Numbered from the stretch's first letter, positions 1 to 11,637 are shown. The stretch is 64,000 nt of DNA from Eledone cirrhosa (GCA_964016885.1 OZ024760.1:27094001-27158000); one strand, 5' to 3'. Translations and numbers: made by a program. Notes: generated by a model not told the origin, from the letters alone.

Positions 1-1819
1 TAAGAGGGATAAGTTGTGGTGTGCAGGAGAGAGGACTGAGATGGTATGGACATGTGATGTGTTGAGAGAGAAACTGTGTATAAGAGGGATAAGTTGTAGT
101 GTGTGGGAGAGAAGACTGAGATGGTATGGACATGTGATGTGTTGAGAGAGAAACTGTGTATAAGAGGGATAAGTTGTAGTGTGCAGGAGAGAAGACTGAG
201 ATGGTATGGACATGTGATGTGTTGAGAGAGAAACTGTGTATAAGAGGGATAAGTTGTGGTGTGCAGGAGAGAAGACCGAGATGGTATGGACATGTGATGT
301 GTTGAGAGAGAAACTGTGTATAAGAGGGATAAGTTGTAGTGTGCAGGAGAGAAGACTGAGATGGTATGGACATGTGATGTGTTGAGAGAGAAACTGTGTA
401 TAAGAGGGATAAGTTGTAGTGTGCAGGAGAGAAGACCGAGATGGTATGGACATGTGATGTGTTGAGAGAGAAACTGTGTATAAGAGGGATAAGTTGTAGT
501 GTGCGGGAGAGAAGACTGAGATGGTATGGACATGTGATGTGTTGAGAGAGAAACTGTGTATAAGAGGGATAAGTTGTGGTGTGCAGGAGAGAAGACCGAG
601 ATGGTATGGACATGTGATGTGTTGAGAGAGAAACTGTGTATAAGAGGGATAAGTTGTAGTGTGCAGGAGAGAAGACCGAGATGGTATGGACATGTGATGT
701 GTTGAGAGAGAAACTGTGTATAAGAGGGATAAGTTGAAGTGTGCAGGAGAGAAGACCGAGATGGTATGGACATGTGATGTGTTGAGAGAGAAACTGTGTA
801 TAAGAGGGATAAGTTGTAGTGTGCGGGAGAGAAGACTGAGATGGTATGGACATGTGATGTGTTGAGAGAGAAACTGTGTATAAGAGGGATAAGTTGTGGT
901 GTGCAGGAGAGAAGACCGAGATGGTATGGACATGTGATGTGTTGAGAGAGAAACTGTGTATAAGAGGGATAAGTTGTAGTGTGCAGGAGAGAAGACCGAG
1001 ATGGTATGGACATGTGATGTGTTGAGAGAGAAACTGTGTATAAGAGGGATAAGTTGAAGTGTGCAGGAGAGAAGACCGAGATGGTATGGACATGTGATGT
1101 GTTGAGAGAGAAACTGTGTATATGAGGGATAAGTTGTAGTGTGCGGGAGAGAAGACCAAGATGGTATGGACATGTGATGTGTTGAGAGAGAAACTGTGTA
1201 TAAGAGGGATAAGTTGTAGTGTGCAGGAGAGAAGACTGAGATGGTATGGACATGTGATGTGTTGAGAGAGAAACTGTGTATAAGAGGGATAAGTTGTAGT
1301 GTGCGGGAGAGAAGACCAAGATGGTATGGACATGTGATGTGTTGAGAGAGAAACTGTGTATAAGAGGGATAAGTTGTAGTGTGCAGGAGAGAAGACTGAG
1401 ATGGTATGGACATGTGATGTGTTGAGAGAGAAACTGTGTATAAGAGGGATAAGTTGTAGTGTGCAGGAGAGAAGACTGAGATGGTATGGACATGTGATGT
1501 GTTGAGAGAGAAACTGTGTATAAGAGGGATAAGTTGTAGTGTGCAGGAGAGAAGACTGAGATGGTATGGACATGTGATGTGTTGAGAGAGAAACTGTGTA
1601 TAAGAGGGATAAGTTGTAGTGTGCGGGAGAGAAGACTGAGATGGTATGGACATGTGATGTGTTGAGAGAGAAACTGTGTATAAGAGGGATAAGTTGTAGT
1701 GTGCGGGAGAGAAGACTGAGATGGTATGGACATGTGATGTGTTGAGAGAGAAACTGTGTATAAGAGGGATAAGTTGTAGTGTGCAGGAGAGAAGACTGAG
1801 ATGGTATGGACATGTGATG
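1..1819 (+). repeat. 80-bp minisatellite (~22.7 copies, open at window start) derived from the RTE-type LINE ORF C-terminus
   Basis: Unit TAAGAGGGATAAGTTGTAGTGTGCAGGAGAGAAGACTGAGATGGTATGGACATGTGATGTGTTGAGAGAGAAACTGTGTA recurs every 80 nt. It translates as LREKLCIRGISCSVQERRLRWYGHVM, matching LRKKLEIRGIRCCLLERRLRWYGHVM in the LINE ORF at 25695-26273. Confidence 0.93.
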
Positions 1820-2088
1820 CACATGGAGGATGACTGCTGGGTAAAGAAGTGCCAAGAACTCCCATTTGAAGGAAGACGCAGTTGAGGAAGACCACAAAAT
1901 CATGGGCAAGGGTGGGGAGAGCAGACCTCACCAGGCATTATGAAGAGCATCTAGCCGTAGCAAGCAAGCCAGCCAGAAACAGTTTTATATGAACAAGGCA
2001 CGGTCACCTGACTTGACTTGACACAAATGAGACAACCCGTCTAACCCATGCTAGGATGTAAAAATGAATGTTAAACGATGATGATGAT
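1820..2088 (+). mobile_element. RTE-type LINE 3' end with (GAT)n tail
   Basis: Continues the repeat frame as HMEDDCWVKKCQ...GRP. The 3' UTR ACAACCCGTCTAACCCATGCTAG...TAAACGATGATGATG is shared with 3720-3776 and resembles the inverted copy at ~7505-7590. Confidence 0.8.
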
Positions 2089-2099
2089 TTATTTTTTAG

Positions 2100-2381
2100 G
2101 TGCGCCAAATTACCAGTGACTTTGCTGTGTTCATAGCAATTATAGTGATGTCAGGAATAGATGTGGCAGTGGATTTGGACACACCTAAGTTGATAGTCCC
2201 ATCAAAGTTCCAGCCAACTGATCCAGCAAAGCGTGGCTGGATCATTAACCCTATAAGTGATAACAATCCATGGTGGTTATATATTGCTGCTGTCTTGCCA
2301 GCACTTCTAGCTTCCATCCTTGTCTTTCTAGACCAGCAAATTACCAGCGTCATTGTGAATCGGAAAGAAAATAAGCTTCAG
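2100..2381 (+). CDS. SLC4: SLC4 Na+-coupled bicarbonate transporter, internal exon (VRQITSDFAV...DQQITSVIVNRKENKLQ)
   Basis: Acceptor ttttttag|G at 2099/2100 and donor CAG|gtatgt at 2381/2382. 282 nt, phase 0. SLC4 motifs SDFAV, TPKL.VP, RGW, PWW, DQQIT.VIVNRKE.KL. Confidence 0.95.
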
Positions 2382-2414
2382 GTATGTCTTTTTATGTTAT
2401 TTTATTTTATTTTC

Positions 2415-2782
2415 TGTTTCCTTCTTCCTCTCTTCTCCCTCTCTTCTCCCTCTCTTCTCCCTCTCTTCTCCCTCTCTTCTCCCTCTCTTACCCCTCTCTT
2501 ATCCCTCTCTTACCCCTCTCTTACCCCTCTCTTCTCCTCCCTCTCTTCCTCCTCTCTTCTCCCTCTCTTCTCCCTCTCTTCTCCCTCTCTTCTCCCTCTC
2601 TTCTCCCTCTCTTCTCCCTCTCTTCCTCCTCACTTCTTCCTCCTCTCCTCCCTCTCTTCCTCCTTTCCTCCCTCTCTTCCTCCTCTCCTCCCTCTCTTCC
2701 TCCTTTCCTCCTCTTCTCCCCTTCTCCCTCCTCTCCTCCTCTTCCCCCCTCCCTTTCCCCATCTTCCCCTCCTCCCTTTCCC
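2415..2782. repeat. CT-rich low-complexity repeat
   Basis: Degenerate (CTCTCTTCTCC)n-like tract immediately after the exon donor. Confidence 0.9.
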
Positions 2783-3374
2783 ATTCCATAAAAACCATAT
2801 CTTATCATAATACAATAAAGTAAGGAGTGTGGGACTGCGTCCTGAATATGGTTTTTGTTATCCCATTAGTAAAATAAGTTGGATTACTTTGAATAAATAA
2901 TGAATGAATATTACATAATTTATCTACTAAATTTCGTAACTCTTGATTAAATATAAATATTTTTATATATAGATGATTGCTTATTTCAAGATTCACTTCT
3001 TTAAAATGTTTAAATGTCTACACTTCCGGTTAGCGTCCGTTATATCCTAACACTTATTACATCGTTATATAAGGTTTTATCTTTTTTAAATGTATCATGG
3101 ATTACTTTACTGATTACAGAAGACAGTGTAACACAGTCTCTCTTCAATTTCTGTGCATATTGTCAATTACGATTTTATTTGACGTATCATATCTACATGT
3201 ATGTATATTTGTGTATAATATCAATATACACACTACATATGCTGGCAGAAAACCACCCAAAGGGTGGTTTTACTGCTAGTTTTAGTAATGAAATAATTTT
3301 AAGAATTCCTTCAAACTTTTTCCTTAATTAATTGAAATAGTTCATTTCATTAGAAATATTGTCATGAATAGGTT

Positions 3375-3538
3375 ACCGTATTTCCCAGCGCCGAAGATAC
3401 TTCGTCCTCGAGGACCCACCCTAATTATGACAACCAAAAAAAAAGTAATAAACAACCTTCTGCCTCCAGGACACACGGTAGATTTTTGAGACTTATTTTA
3501 GGAAAAATGTAGCGTCTTTGACACCAGGAAATACCGTA
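3375..3538. mobile_element. Small Tc1/mariner-superfamily-like MITE
   Basis: Imperfect terminal inverted repeats TACCGTATTTCCCAGCG ... CACCAGGAAATACCGTA with TA at both ends. Confidence 0.5.
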
Positions 3539-3816
3539 ATTGAAGTAGTTTGTTTCATTGGAAATTAAAATCTCCCAACATGTTTTTATATAAGAATGTG
3601 CATATATATGTATGTGTGTGTATTCCAGCTGTAGAAATCATCCAGCTGTAGAAATCAAGCCAAATCAGTTCCTGTATGAGCAAGGCATGGTCAGCCGACC
3701 AGACACTGCCCACAACAGGACAACCCGTCTAACCCATGCTAGCGTGGAAGAACGGACGTAAAACGGTGATGATGATGTGTGTGAATAAATATGAATGCAT
3801 ATATGTTTGTATATAT

Positions 3817-4432
3817 CAGGGGTGTGCAACATATTTCATTGGCCACTTTTGAACATTGGAAATCGGTAGAGGGTCGGACGCCATGCTTTCCAGCATAGTT
3901 ATGTCCCTTTACGATCTGAGTTCAAATCCCGCCGAGGTTGACTTTGCCTTTCATCCTTACGGGGTCGATGAAATAAAGTACCAGTAACGCACTGGGTAAT
4001 TGCTGGCCTTGTGCCTAAAGTAGAAACAATTAATATTTATTGAGCACTATTCCAAAGGTTTACCACAACTTCTTTCCATAACATGGAACTGGGAAATTAT
4101 AACACACACAACCCTATCAGTGAAGCCCTTTAGTATAGGTCAACTAACAGAAAATTGTATTATGGTTACCAAAAAAATTTTAAATTAGCCTACAAGGTAA
4201 ACATTAAAAACTGTCATCGTGGGCCACTCTGGTCTGGCAGGCTAGTGGGCCACCTGTTGCACACCCCTGTTTTAGACTATATCCAACATGTTAGATTATC
4301 ACACTGTTAACATCAGCTATGTTCTATAGTTCCTTTAGACTAGGGGGTGTGCAACATATTCCATTGGCAGGCCACTCTGACTGGTCTGGCGGGCTGGATT
4401 GTTGCCCATGGGCCACCTGTTGCATGCCCCTG
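3817..4432. mobile_element. Composite of two hAT-like MITEs (3817-4269, containing a nested SINE; 4341-4432)
   Basis: TIRs CAGGGGTGTGCAAC/GTTGCACACCCCTG and TAGGGGGTGTGCAAC/GTTGCATGCCCCTG. The 8-mer GTATATAT lies at 3809-3816 and 4433-4440. Confidence 0.75.
3858..4032 (+). mobile_element. tRNA-derived SINE family A (nested in the MITE)
   Basis: B-box-like GAGTTCAAATCC, core GCCTTTCATCCTTACGGGGTCGATGAAATAAAGTACCAG, tail GCTGGCCTTGTGCCTAAAGTAGAAACAATTA; many copies in the window. Confidence 0.85.
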
Positions 4433-4501
4433 GTATATATGTTTTAATAAATCCCAGAAAATTCTTCATTAATCACTTGCTTATTTCATTATAAATAAGG
4501 T

Positions 4502-5250
4502 CATGAAAGGGAGGGTTAAACCATCTTATTTCTCCTCATGAAAGGGAGGATTAAATCATATTGTATCTCCCCATGAAAGGAGGATTAAATCATCTTATTT
4601 CTCCCCATGAAAGGAGGGTTAAATCATCTTATTTCTCCCCATGAAAGGAGGGTTAAATCATCTTATTTCTCCCCATGAAAGGAGGATTAAATCATCTTAT
4701 TTCTCCCCATGAAAGGAGGATTAAATCATCTTATTTCTCCCCATGAAAGGAGGGTTAAATCATCTTATTTCTCCCCATGAAAGGAGGGTTAAATCATCTT
4801 ATTTCTCCCCATGAAAGGAGGGTTAAATCATCTTATTTCTCCCCATGAAAGGAGGGTTAAATCATCTTATTTCTCCCCATGAAAGGAGGGTTAAATCATC
4901 TTATTTCTCCCCATGAAAGGAGGGTTAAATCATCTTATTTCTCCCCATGAAAGGAGGATTAAATCATCTTATTTCTCCCCATGAAAGGAGGGTTAAATCA
5001 TCTTATTTCTCCCCATGAAAGGAGGGTTAAATCATCTTATTTCTCCCCATGAAAGGAGGATTAAATCATCTTATTTCTCCCCATGAAAGGAGGGTTAAAT
5101 CATCTTATTTCTCCCCATGAAAGGAGGGTTAAATCATCTTATTTCTCCCCATGAAAGGAGGGTTAAATCATCTTATTTCTCCCCATGAAAGGAGGGTTAA
5201 ATCATCTTATTTCTCCCCATGAAAGGGTGGATTAAACCATGTTATTTCCT
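4502..5250. repeat. 34-bp minisatellite (~22 copies) ending just before a splice acceptor
   Basis: Unit ATGAAAGGAGGGTTAAATCATCTTATTTCTCCCC, period 34 (e.g. 4641 to 4675). Confidence 0.93.
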
Positions 5251-5264
5251 CTGTCCATTTACAG

Positions 5265-5443
5265 AAAGGCGGTGGATATCATCTGGATATGTTAGTGGTA
5301 GCATTTCTCATTGGACTCTGCTCTTTGCTTGGTCTACCTTGGTATGTTGCTGCGACTGTATCAGCTCTGGCACATATAATGAGTTTGAAGCGAGAATCTG
5401 AGTGTAATGCTCCTGGAGAGAGACCAGTCTTTTTGGGAGTTCG
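5265..5443 (+). CDS. SLC4: SLC4 exon (KGGGYHLD...[36 protein letters not shown])
   Basis: Acceptor tttacag| at 5264 and donor CG|gtcagt at 5443/5444. 179 nt, ends in phase 2. Motifs KG.GYHLD and ESEC.APGE.P.FLGVR are typical of the NBC/NDCBE clade. Confidence 0.95.
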
Positions 5444-5499
5444 GTCAGTGGTGAAAATTTCTTTATCTTTTTTTATTATTATTTTTCCTTATTATTATT

Positions 5500-5662
5500 A
5501 AGGCGGTAGATTGACAGTATCAGTAGAGGGTCGGACAACATGCTTTGCAGCATAGTTATGGCCCTTTATGGTCTGAGTTCAAATCCCACCGTCGATAAAA
5601 TAAAGTACCAGTAATACACTGGAATAATTGCTGGCCTTGTGCCAGATATAGAAACAATTATT
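5500..5662 (+). mobile_element. SINE family A, internally deleted copy
   Basis: GGCGGTAGATTGACAG...GAGTTCAAATCC...GTCGATAAAATAAAGTACCAG...AGAAACAATTATT. Confidence 0.8.
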
Positions 5663-5784
5663 ATTTTTCCTCCCTTTATTTTCCTCTATTTTAAACTTTT
5701 TTCTTTCTTTTAATTTTTACCCCCTTTTTTTTCCATTTAAGAAACATTTTCTCTCTCTCGCAATTGTAACAAATAGCAAAAGGT

Positions 5785-6352
5785 GAGTGTGTATGTGTTT
5801 GCTTGAGTATGTGTGTGTGTGTGTTTTCTTGAGCATGTGTGTTTGCTTGAGTGTGTGCATGTGTTTGCCTGCGTATGTGTGTGTGTATGTGTTTGCTTGA
5901 GTAGTGTGTGTGTATGTGTGTTTGCTTGAGTGTGTGTGTGTATGCGTTTGCTTGAGTATGTGTGTGTATGTGTTTGCTTGAGTATGTGTGTGTGCATGTG
6001 TGTTTGCTAGTGTGTGTGTGTGTATGTGTGTTTGCTTGAGTGTGTGTGTGTGTATGTGTTTGCTTGAGTATGTGTGTGTGCATGTGTGTTTGCTTGAGTG
6101 TGTGTGTGCATGTGTTTGCTTGAGTATGTGTGTGTGCATGTGTTTGCTTGAGTATGTGTGTGTGTGCATGTGTTTGCTTGAGTATGTGTGTGTGCATGTG
6201 TGTTTGCTTGAGTATGTGTGTGTGTGTGTTTGCTTGAGTGTGTGTGTGTGTGTGTGTTTGCATGAGTATGTGTGTGTGTTTGCATGAGTGTGTGTGTGTG
6301 TGTTTGCTTGAGTATGTGTGTGTGTGTTTACTTGAGTATGTGTCTGTGTGTG
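5785..6352. repeat. (TG)n-based compound minisatellite (TTTGCTTGAGTA + (TG)n)
   Basis: Anchor TTTGCTTGAG recurs, separated by variable TG runs. Confidence 0.9.
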
Positions 6353-6370
6353 TCTATTATTGCTTTATTG

Positions 6371-6588
6371 GGCGGTGAAGTGGCAGAATCGGTAGAGGGT
6401 CGGACGCCATGCTTTCCAGCATAGTTACGTCCCTTTACAGTCTGAGTTCAAATCCCACCGAGGTTAACTTTGCCTTTCATCCTTACAGGGTCGATAAAAT
6501 AAAGTACCAGTAATGAACTGGGTTCAATTTAATCGACTTTCCCTTTCCCAAAAAATTGTTGGCCTTGTGCTGCCTTAATCAGAAACCA
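6371..6588 (+). mobile_element. SINE family A, full length
   Basis: A-box-like TGGCAGAATCGG, B-box GAGTTCAAATCC, and the shared core and tail. Confidence 0.85.
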
Positions 6589-6592
6589 TTAA

Positions 6593-6800
6593 CCCTTTAG
6601 CATTTAAACTGGCCATATCCGGCCAGAATTCTCTCACCTCTTTCTGTTCAAACCAGCTGTAACTGGCCACTCATACTTATCTTAAGGTATTTTTCTCAAA
6701 ATAAATAATATCAGAATCTTATAGATTCGATATTATGTCAGATAAAACCTTTACTGTAAAAATACAATAGTATATATATAGTAATGTAAATGTTAAAGGG
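6593..6800. mobile_element. piggyBac-like MITE (TTAA target)
   Basis: TTAA|CCCTTTAGCATTTA...TAAATGTTAAAGGG|TTAA. Related copies at 10621-11400, 12670-12873, ~13188-13385, ~13497-13823 and ~22835-23175. Confidence 0.85.
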
Positions 6801-6805
6801 TTAAA

Positions 6806-7022
6806 TGGTGGCAGATTGGCAGAATCGATAGTGTCGGACATGCTTAGCGGCACAAAGTTATGACTCTTTACATTCTAAGTTCAAATCCTGCCAAGATTAG
6901 CTTTAAATTTCATCCTTACAGGGTTGATAAAATAAAGTACCAGTAATACACTGAGATCGATTTAATAGACTTTCCCTTTCGTCCAAAATTGCTGGCCTTG
7001 TGCCTAAAGTAGAAACCATTAT
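6806..7022 (+). mobile_element. SINE family A
   Basis: Same head, core and tail as the other copies. Confidence 0.8.
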
Positions 7023-7085
7023 TGCTTTATTTTATTACTGTTGTTGTTGTTGTTGTTATTATTATTATTTTGTTACATTTCAAAG

Positions 7086-7158
7086 GGAACAAAGAGTAAC
7101 TGCAATATTAGTTGGCATCTTAAGCGGTCTGTCTGTCCTTCTAACATCGGTCCTCAAG
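7086..7158 (+). CDS. SLC4: SLC4 exon ((R)EQRVTAILVGILSGLSVLLTSVLK)
   Basis: Acceptor caaag|G completes the split Arg codon; donor AAG|gtttgt. 73 nt. Conserved EQRVT motif. Confidence 0.93.
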
Positions 7159-7200
7159 GTTTGTTATCTATCTTTATTTTACAAGTTCCATTGATATATA

Positions 7201-7249
<49 letters not shown>

Positions 7250-7744
7250 ATAATAATAAATTTGAAGACTAAAATCCAAAGAGGGCTCGATAAGGATAAA
7301 TATATATCAAATATATAAGAACCCTAGAGCAAATATTTATTAAAATAACATATTAAAGTTTAAGCAAAGAATCGCTGCTTTCACCCTTAACGGGATCTTC
7401 AGAAGATCCCGTTAAGGGCTTCCTGACATAATTAAAATTTATCAGTGATAAAAAGTAAAATATAATAAGAAACTATAGATATTTAATGAACTACCATTTA
7501 TTGATACCGTTTTACGTCCATTCACGCTAGCATGGGTTAAACAGGTTATCCTGTTGTGGGCAGTGCCCGGTCGGCTGACTTTGTCTTGCTCATGATACAT
7601 ACATACTATTCACTAAATTAGAGTTCAAGGTATACAACTAAAACATATAAATTAAATTAAACTTATTAATTGAAGTTATAAAATTAAAATTAATAGAATA
7701 TATTAGAAACTTTTTATTGAGTAACGTTACTTGATAGAGTACGA

Positions 7745-8700
7745 AACTCAAGAGATGAGAGAGTCATTGGAGGTAGAGCTGCAAACTTCTCCGAATTGAG
7801 AGATCGCAGCTCCGATACTATAGGCATGTGGTTAGAATATCTCGGGAAAGAATCTCTGAATTGAGAGATCACAGCTCTGATACTACAGACATGTGGTTAG
7901 AATGTCTCAGGAAAGAATCTCTGAATTGAGAGATCACAGCTCTGATACTACAGACATGTGGTTAGAATATCTCAGGAAAGAATCTCTGAATTGAGAGATC
8001 ACAGCTCTGATACTACAGACATGTGGTTAGAATGTCTCAGGAAAGAATCTCTGAATTGAGAGATCACAGCTCTGATACTACAGACATGTGGTTAGAATAT
8101 CTCAGGAAAGAATCTCTGAATTGAGAGATCACAGCTCTGATACTACAGACATGTGGTTAGAATGTCTCAGGAAAGAATCTCTGAATTGAGAGATCACAGC
8201 TCTGATACTACAGACATGTGGTTAGAATATCTCAGGAAAGAATCTCTGAATTGAGAGATCACAGCTCTGATACTACAGACATGTGGTTAGAATGTCTCAG
8301 GATAGAATCTCTGAATTGAGAGATCACAGCTCTGATACTATGGACATGTGGTCAGAATGTTTCAGGAAAGAATCTCTGAATTGAGAGATCACAGCTCTGA
8401 TACTACAGACATGTGGTTAGAATATCTCAGGAAAGAATCTCTGAATTGAGAGACCACAGCTCTGATACTACAGACATGTGGTTAGATTGTCTCAGGAAAG
8501 AATCTCTGGACAGATTTTATGTGAAAAACCAACTGGCAGGAGACTCAGGCTAGACAGCGAGCAAGATGGTTAGATAACATCTATGAACTTGGCTGGTCTT
8601 ACTTGTGGATTCAGTTGGAGATGGTTGCTTCTGACAGGACCTGCTGGAAGGAGTGTTTGAGGGCTCTGCCCCCATGACCCTCCCAGGAATAAGTGGGAGA
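7745..8700 (+). mobile_element. RTE-type LINE 3' fragment with an internal 65-bp minisatellite (~11 copies, ~7790-8508)
   Basis: Unit TCTCTGAATTGAGAGATCACAGCTCTGATACTACAGACATGTGGTTAGAATGTCTCAGGAAAGAA. The unit and flanks (GGTAGAGCTGC...; CTGGACAGATTTTA; AGTTGGAGATGGTTG) match the reverse complement of ~20880-21020. Confidence 0.85.
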
Positions 8701-9529
8701 AGAACAATTTATGGAAGCCTACAGTAAAGGTTTAGTGACTCAAGAACAATTTATGGAAGCCTAGAGCAGTAATAAATATATATATGATAAAGTGAAAGTT
8801 TTAGTGACCCAAGAACAATTCATGGAAGCCTAGAGCAGTAATAAATATATCTATGATAAAGTGAAAGTTTAGTGACCCAAGAACAATTTATGGAAGCCTA
8901 GAGCAGTAATAAATATATCTATGATAAAGTGAAAGTTTAGTGACCCAAGAAAAATTTATGGAAGCCTACAGCAGTAATAAATATATCTATGATAAAGTGA
9001 AAGTTTAGTGACCCAAGAACAATTTATGGAAGCCTACAGCAGTAATAAATATATCTATGATAAAGTGAAAGTTTAGTGACCCAAGAACAATTTATGGAAG
9101 CCTAGAGCAGTAATAAATATATCTATGATAAAGTGAAAGTTTAGTGACCCAAGAACAATTTATGGAAGCCTACAGCAGTAATAAATATATCTATGATAAA
9201 GTGAAAGTTTAGTGACCCAAGAAAAATTTATGGAAGCCTACAGCAGTAATAAATATATCTATGATAAAGTGAAAGTTTAGTGACCCAAGAACAATATATG
9301 GAAGCCTAGAGCAGTAATAAATATATCTATGATAAAGTGAAAGTTTAGTGACCCAAGAACAATTTATGGAAGCCTACAGCAGTAATAAATATATCTATGA
9401 TAAAGTGAAAGTTTAGTGACCCAAGAAAAATTTATGGAAGCCTAGAGCAGTAATAAATATATCTATGATAAAGTGAAAGTTTAGTGACCCAAGAACAATT
9501 TATGGAAGCCTACAGCAGTAATAAATATA
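8700..9529. repeat. 68-bp minisatellite (~12 copies)
   Basis: Unit AAGAACAATTTATGGAAGCCTACAGCAGTAATAAATATATCTATGATAAAGTGAAAGTTTAGTGACCC. The last unit resumes at 10132, after the Helitron. Confidence 0.92.
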
Positions 9530-10131
9530 TCTTTACATATATAAAAGCGAGGATGTGTGTGTGTCTGTGTACAACTTGGTATGCATAAGACTTTCACAAT
9601 TACCAACTGAATTTGACCAAATTTTCTGTGTACGTTGCACAGGTCGATAAGATTTTTACATCACAAACATTTTTCAAATCGACCCACGTTGAGCAATAAA
9701 AAATTGATATCAAAATTATCGGTAGAAAAATTGATGTAAGGGAGATAACAAACTTTATTGACAATCCTTATAAAAAAAGGGAGATAACATATTCACCAAA
9801 TATATTCGTTTGCATTAATTATTGAAGTGGATTGGCAGTATCGGTAGAGGGTCGGACGCCATGCTTTCCAGCATAGTTACGTCCCTTTACGATCTGAGTT
9901 CAAATCCCGCCGAGGTTGACTTTGCCTTTCATCCTTACAAGGTCGATAAAATAAAGTACCAGTAATGCACTGGGTAATTGCTGGCCTTGTGCCTAAAGTA
10001 GAAACAATTAATTATTGAAGACTTCTGCTTATTTTGACAGGTTGGGGACAAATAATGTTCTTCTTTTACTTCCTAGCTGTATAGTCTTAGCATAATTTCA
10101 AACCCCGAGCAACGCTGGGTAAATCTGCTAG
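9530..10131 (+). mobile_element. Non-autonomous Helitron
   Basis: 5' TCTTTACATATATAAAAG; subterminal GC hairpin CCCGAGCAACGCTGGG; 3' CTAG. Inserted between A and T of the 68-bp unit with no TSD. Confidence 0.85.
9828..10006 (+). mobile_element. SINE family A nested in the Helitron, with a 14-bp TSD
   Basis: ATTAATTATTGAAG at 9814-9827 and 10007-10020 flanks the SINE. Confidence 0.88.
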
Positions 10132-10239
10132 TCTATGATAAAGAGAAAGTTTAGTGACTCAAAAACTTATAACAGAGAAAGGAAATGACAATAGTTGTAT
10201 CATAGCAGTAATAGTTTCACAATTTTATCTGTTTTTAAG

Positions 10240-10308
10240 ATAATTCCGATGCCTGTTCTCTATGGTGTGTTCTTATACATGGGTGTGGTTGCCCTCTCTG
10301 GTATGCAG
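10240..10308 (+). CDS. SLC4: SLC4 exon (IIPMPVLYGVFLYMGVVALSGMQ); not in the ORF track
   Basis: Acceptor tttttaag| and donor CAG|gtaagt. 69 nt. Hallmark IPMPVLYGVFLYMG motif. Confidence 0.96.
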
Positions 10309-10620
10309 GTAAGTACCTTGTCCCCTTTGATACCAAACTACTTGAAACCACGCTTCGTTCCATGATACAATATTATCTAACTTAATTATATTACTAAATC
10401 CCTCCAAATTCTTGGTTATTTTCAAATTTATTTGAAAATTATAGCCAGTGTCTTTTATTGAATATATGGTAAGAAAAAGATTAGTGTTTATATTTATCTA
10501 AGAACATGTCATCGTAATTTTATGTAAGAACCTTTAAGTTATTTTCCAGATAGTATCAACAATAGAAAGACCAATGGAAACATAGTTCCTTTGGTCCAAG
10601 CAGATGATAGGCACCTTTAA

Positions 10621-11400
10621 CCCTTTAGCATTTAAACCGGCCGTTTCCAGACAAGATTCTCTCACCCCTTTCTGTTCAAACCAGCCATAACCGGCCACTC
10701 ATACCAATGTTAAAGTATTGTTCTCAAAATAAATATCAAAATCTCATAGATTTGATATTATGTGAGATAATAATGTGAAGTAAAGCCTTTACCATGAAAA
10801 TATAATAGTAAATATAGAGTAATGTAAATGTTATGTGAGATATTATGAGGTAAACCCTTTACTATGAAAATACAATAGTATATATAGAGTAATGTAAATG
10901 TTATGTGAGATATTATGAGGTAAACCCTTTACTATGAAAATACAATAGTATATATAGAGTAATGTAAATGTTATGTGAGATATTATGAGGTAAACCCTTT
11001 ACTATGAAAATACAATAGTAAATATAGAGTAATGTAAATGTTATGTGAGATATTATTTGAGATAAAGTCTTTACTGTGAAAATACAATAGTATATATAAA
11101 GTAATGTAAATGTTGTGAGATATTATGAGGTAAACCCTTTACTATGAAAATACAATAGTATATATAGAGTAATGTAAATGTTATGTGAGATATTATGAGG
11201 TAAACCCTTTACTATGAAAATACAATAGTAAATATAGAGTAATGTAAATGTTATGTGAGATATTATTTGAGATAAAGTCTTTACTGTGAAAATACAATAG
11301 TATATATAGAGTAATGTAAATGTTGTGAGATATTATGTGAAGTAAAGTGTTTACCGTGAAAATATAATAGTAAATACAGAGTAATGTAAATGCTAGAGGG
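10621..11400. mobile_element. piggyBac-like MITE expanded by an internal ~70-bp tandem repeat
   Basis: TTAA|CCCTTTAGCATTTA...TAAATGCTAGAGGG|TTAA. The internal unit repeats with period 70 (10831 to 10901 to 10971). Confidence 0.85.
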
Positions 11401-11637
11401 TTAAACCAGCTGTAACTGGCTGCTCATACTGATGTTAAGGTATTGTTCTCAAAATAAATATCAAATCTCATAGATTTGATATTATGTGAGATAACTATGT
11501 GAAGTAAAGTGTTTACCGTGAAAATATAATAGTATATATAGAGTAATGTAAATGCGGATGGGTTAATTTTATAATTGAAATATAGTCAGAAAGGAGCTAA
11601 AATAAAGGGTCTTTTATTATTAATCTTACTTTTTCAG

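Noticed and set aside
2382-2810. Extension of the SLC4 ORF beyond 2381 (LSSPSLLP...)
   Set aside because: Intronic CT repeat after a canonical GT donor; SLC4 homology resumes at 5265.
7370-7420. Hammerhead on the minus strand (CTGAAGA TCCC..GGGT GAAA GCAGC) within a 35-bp palindrome
   Set aside because: No NUH site or stem I partner; at most a rearranged relic.
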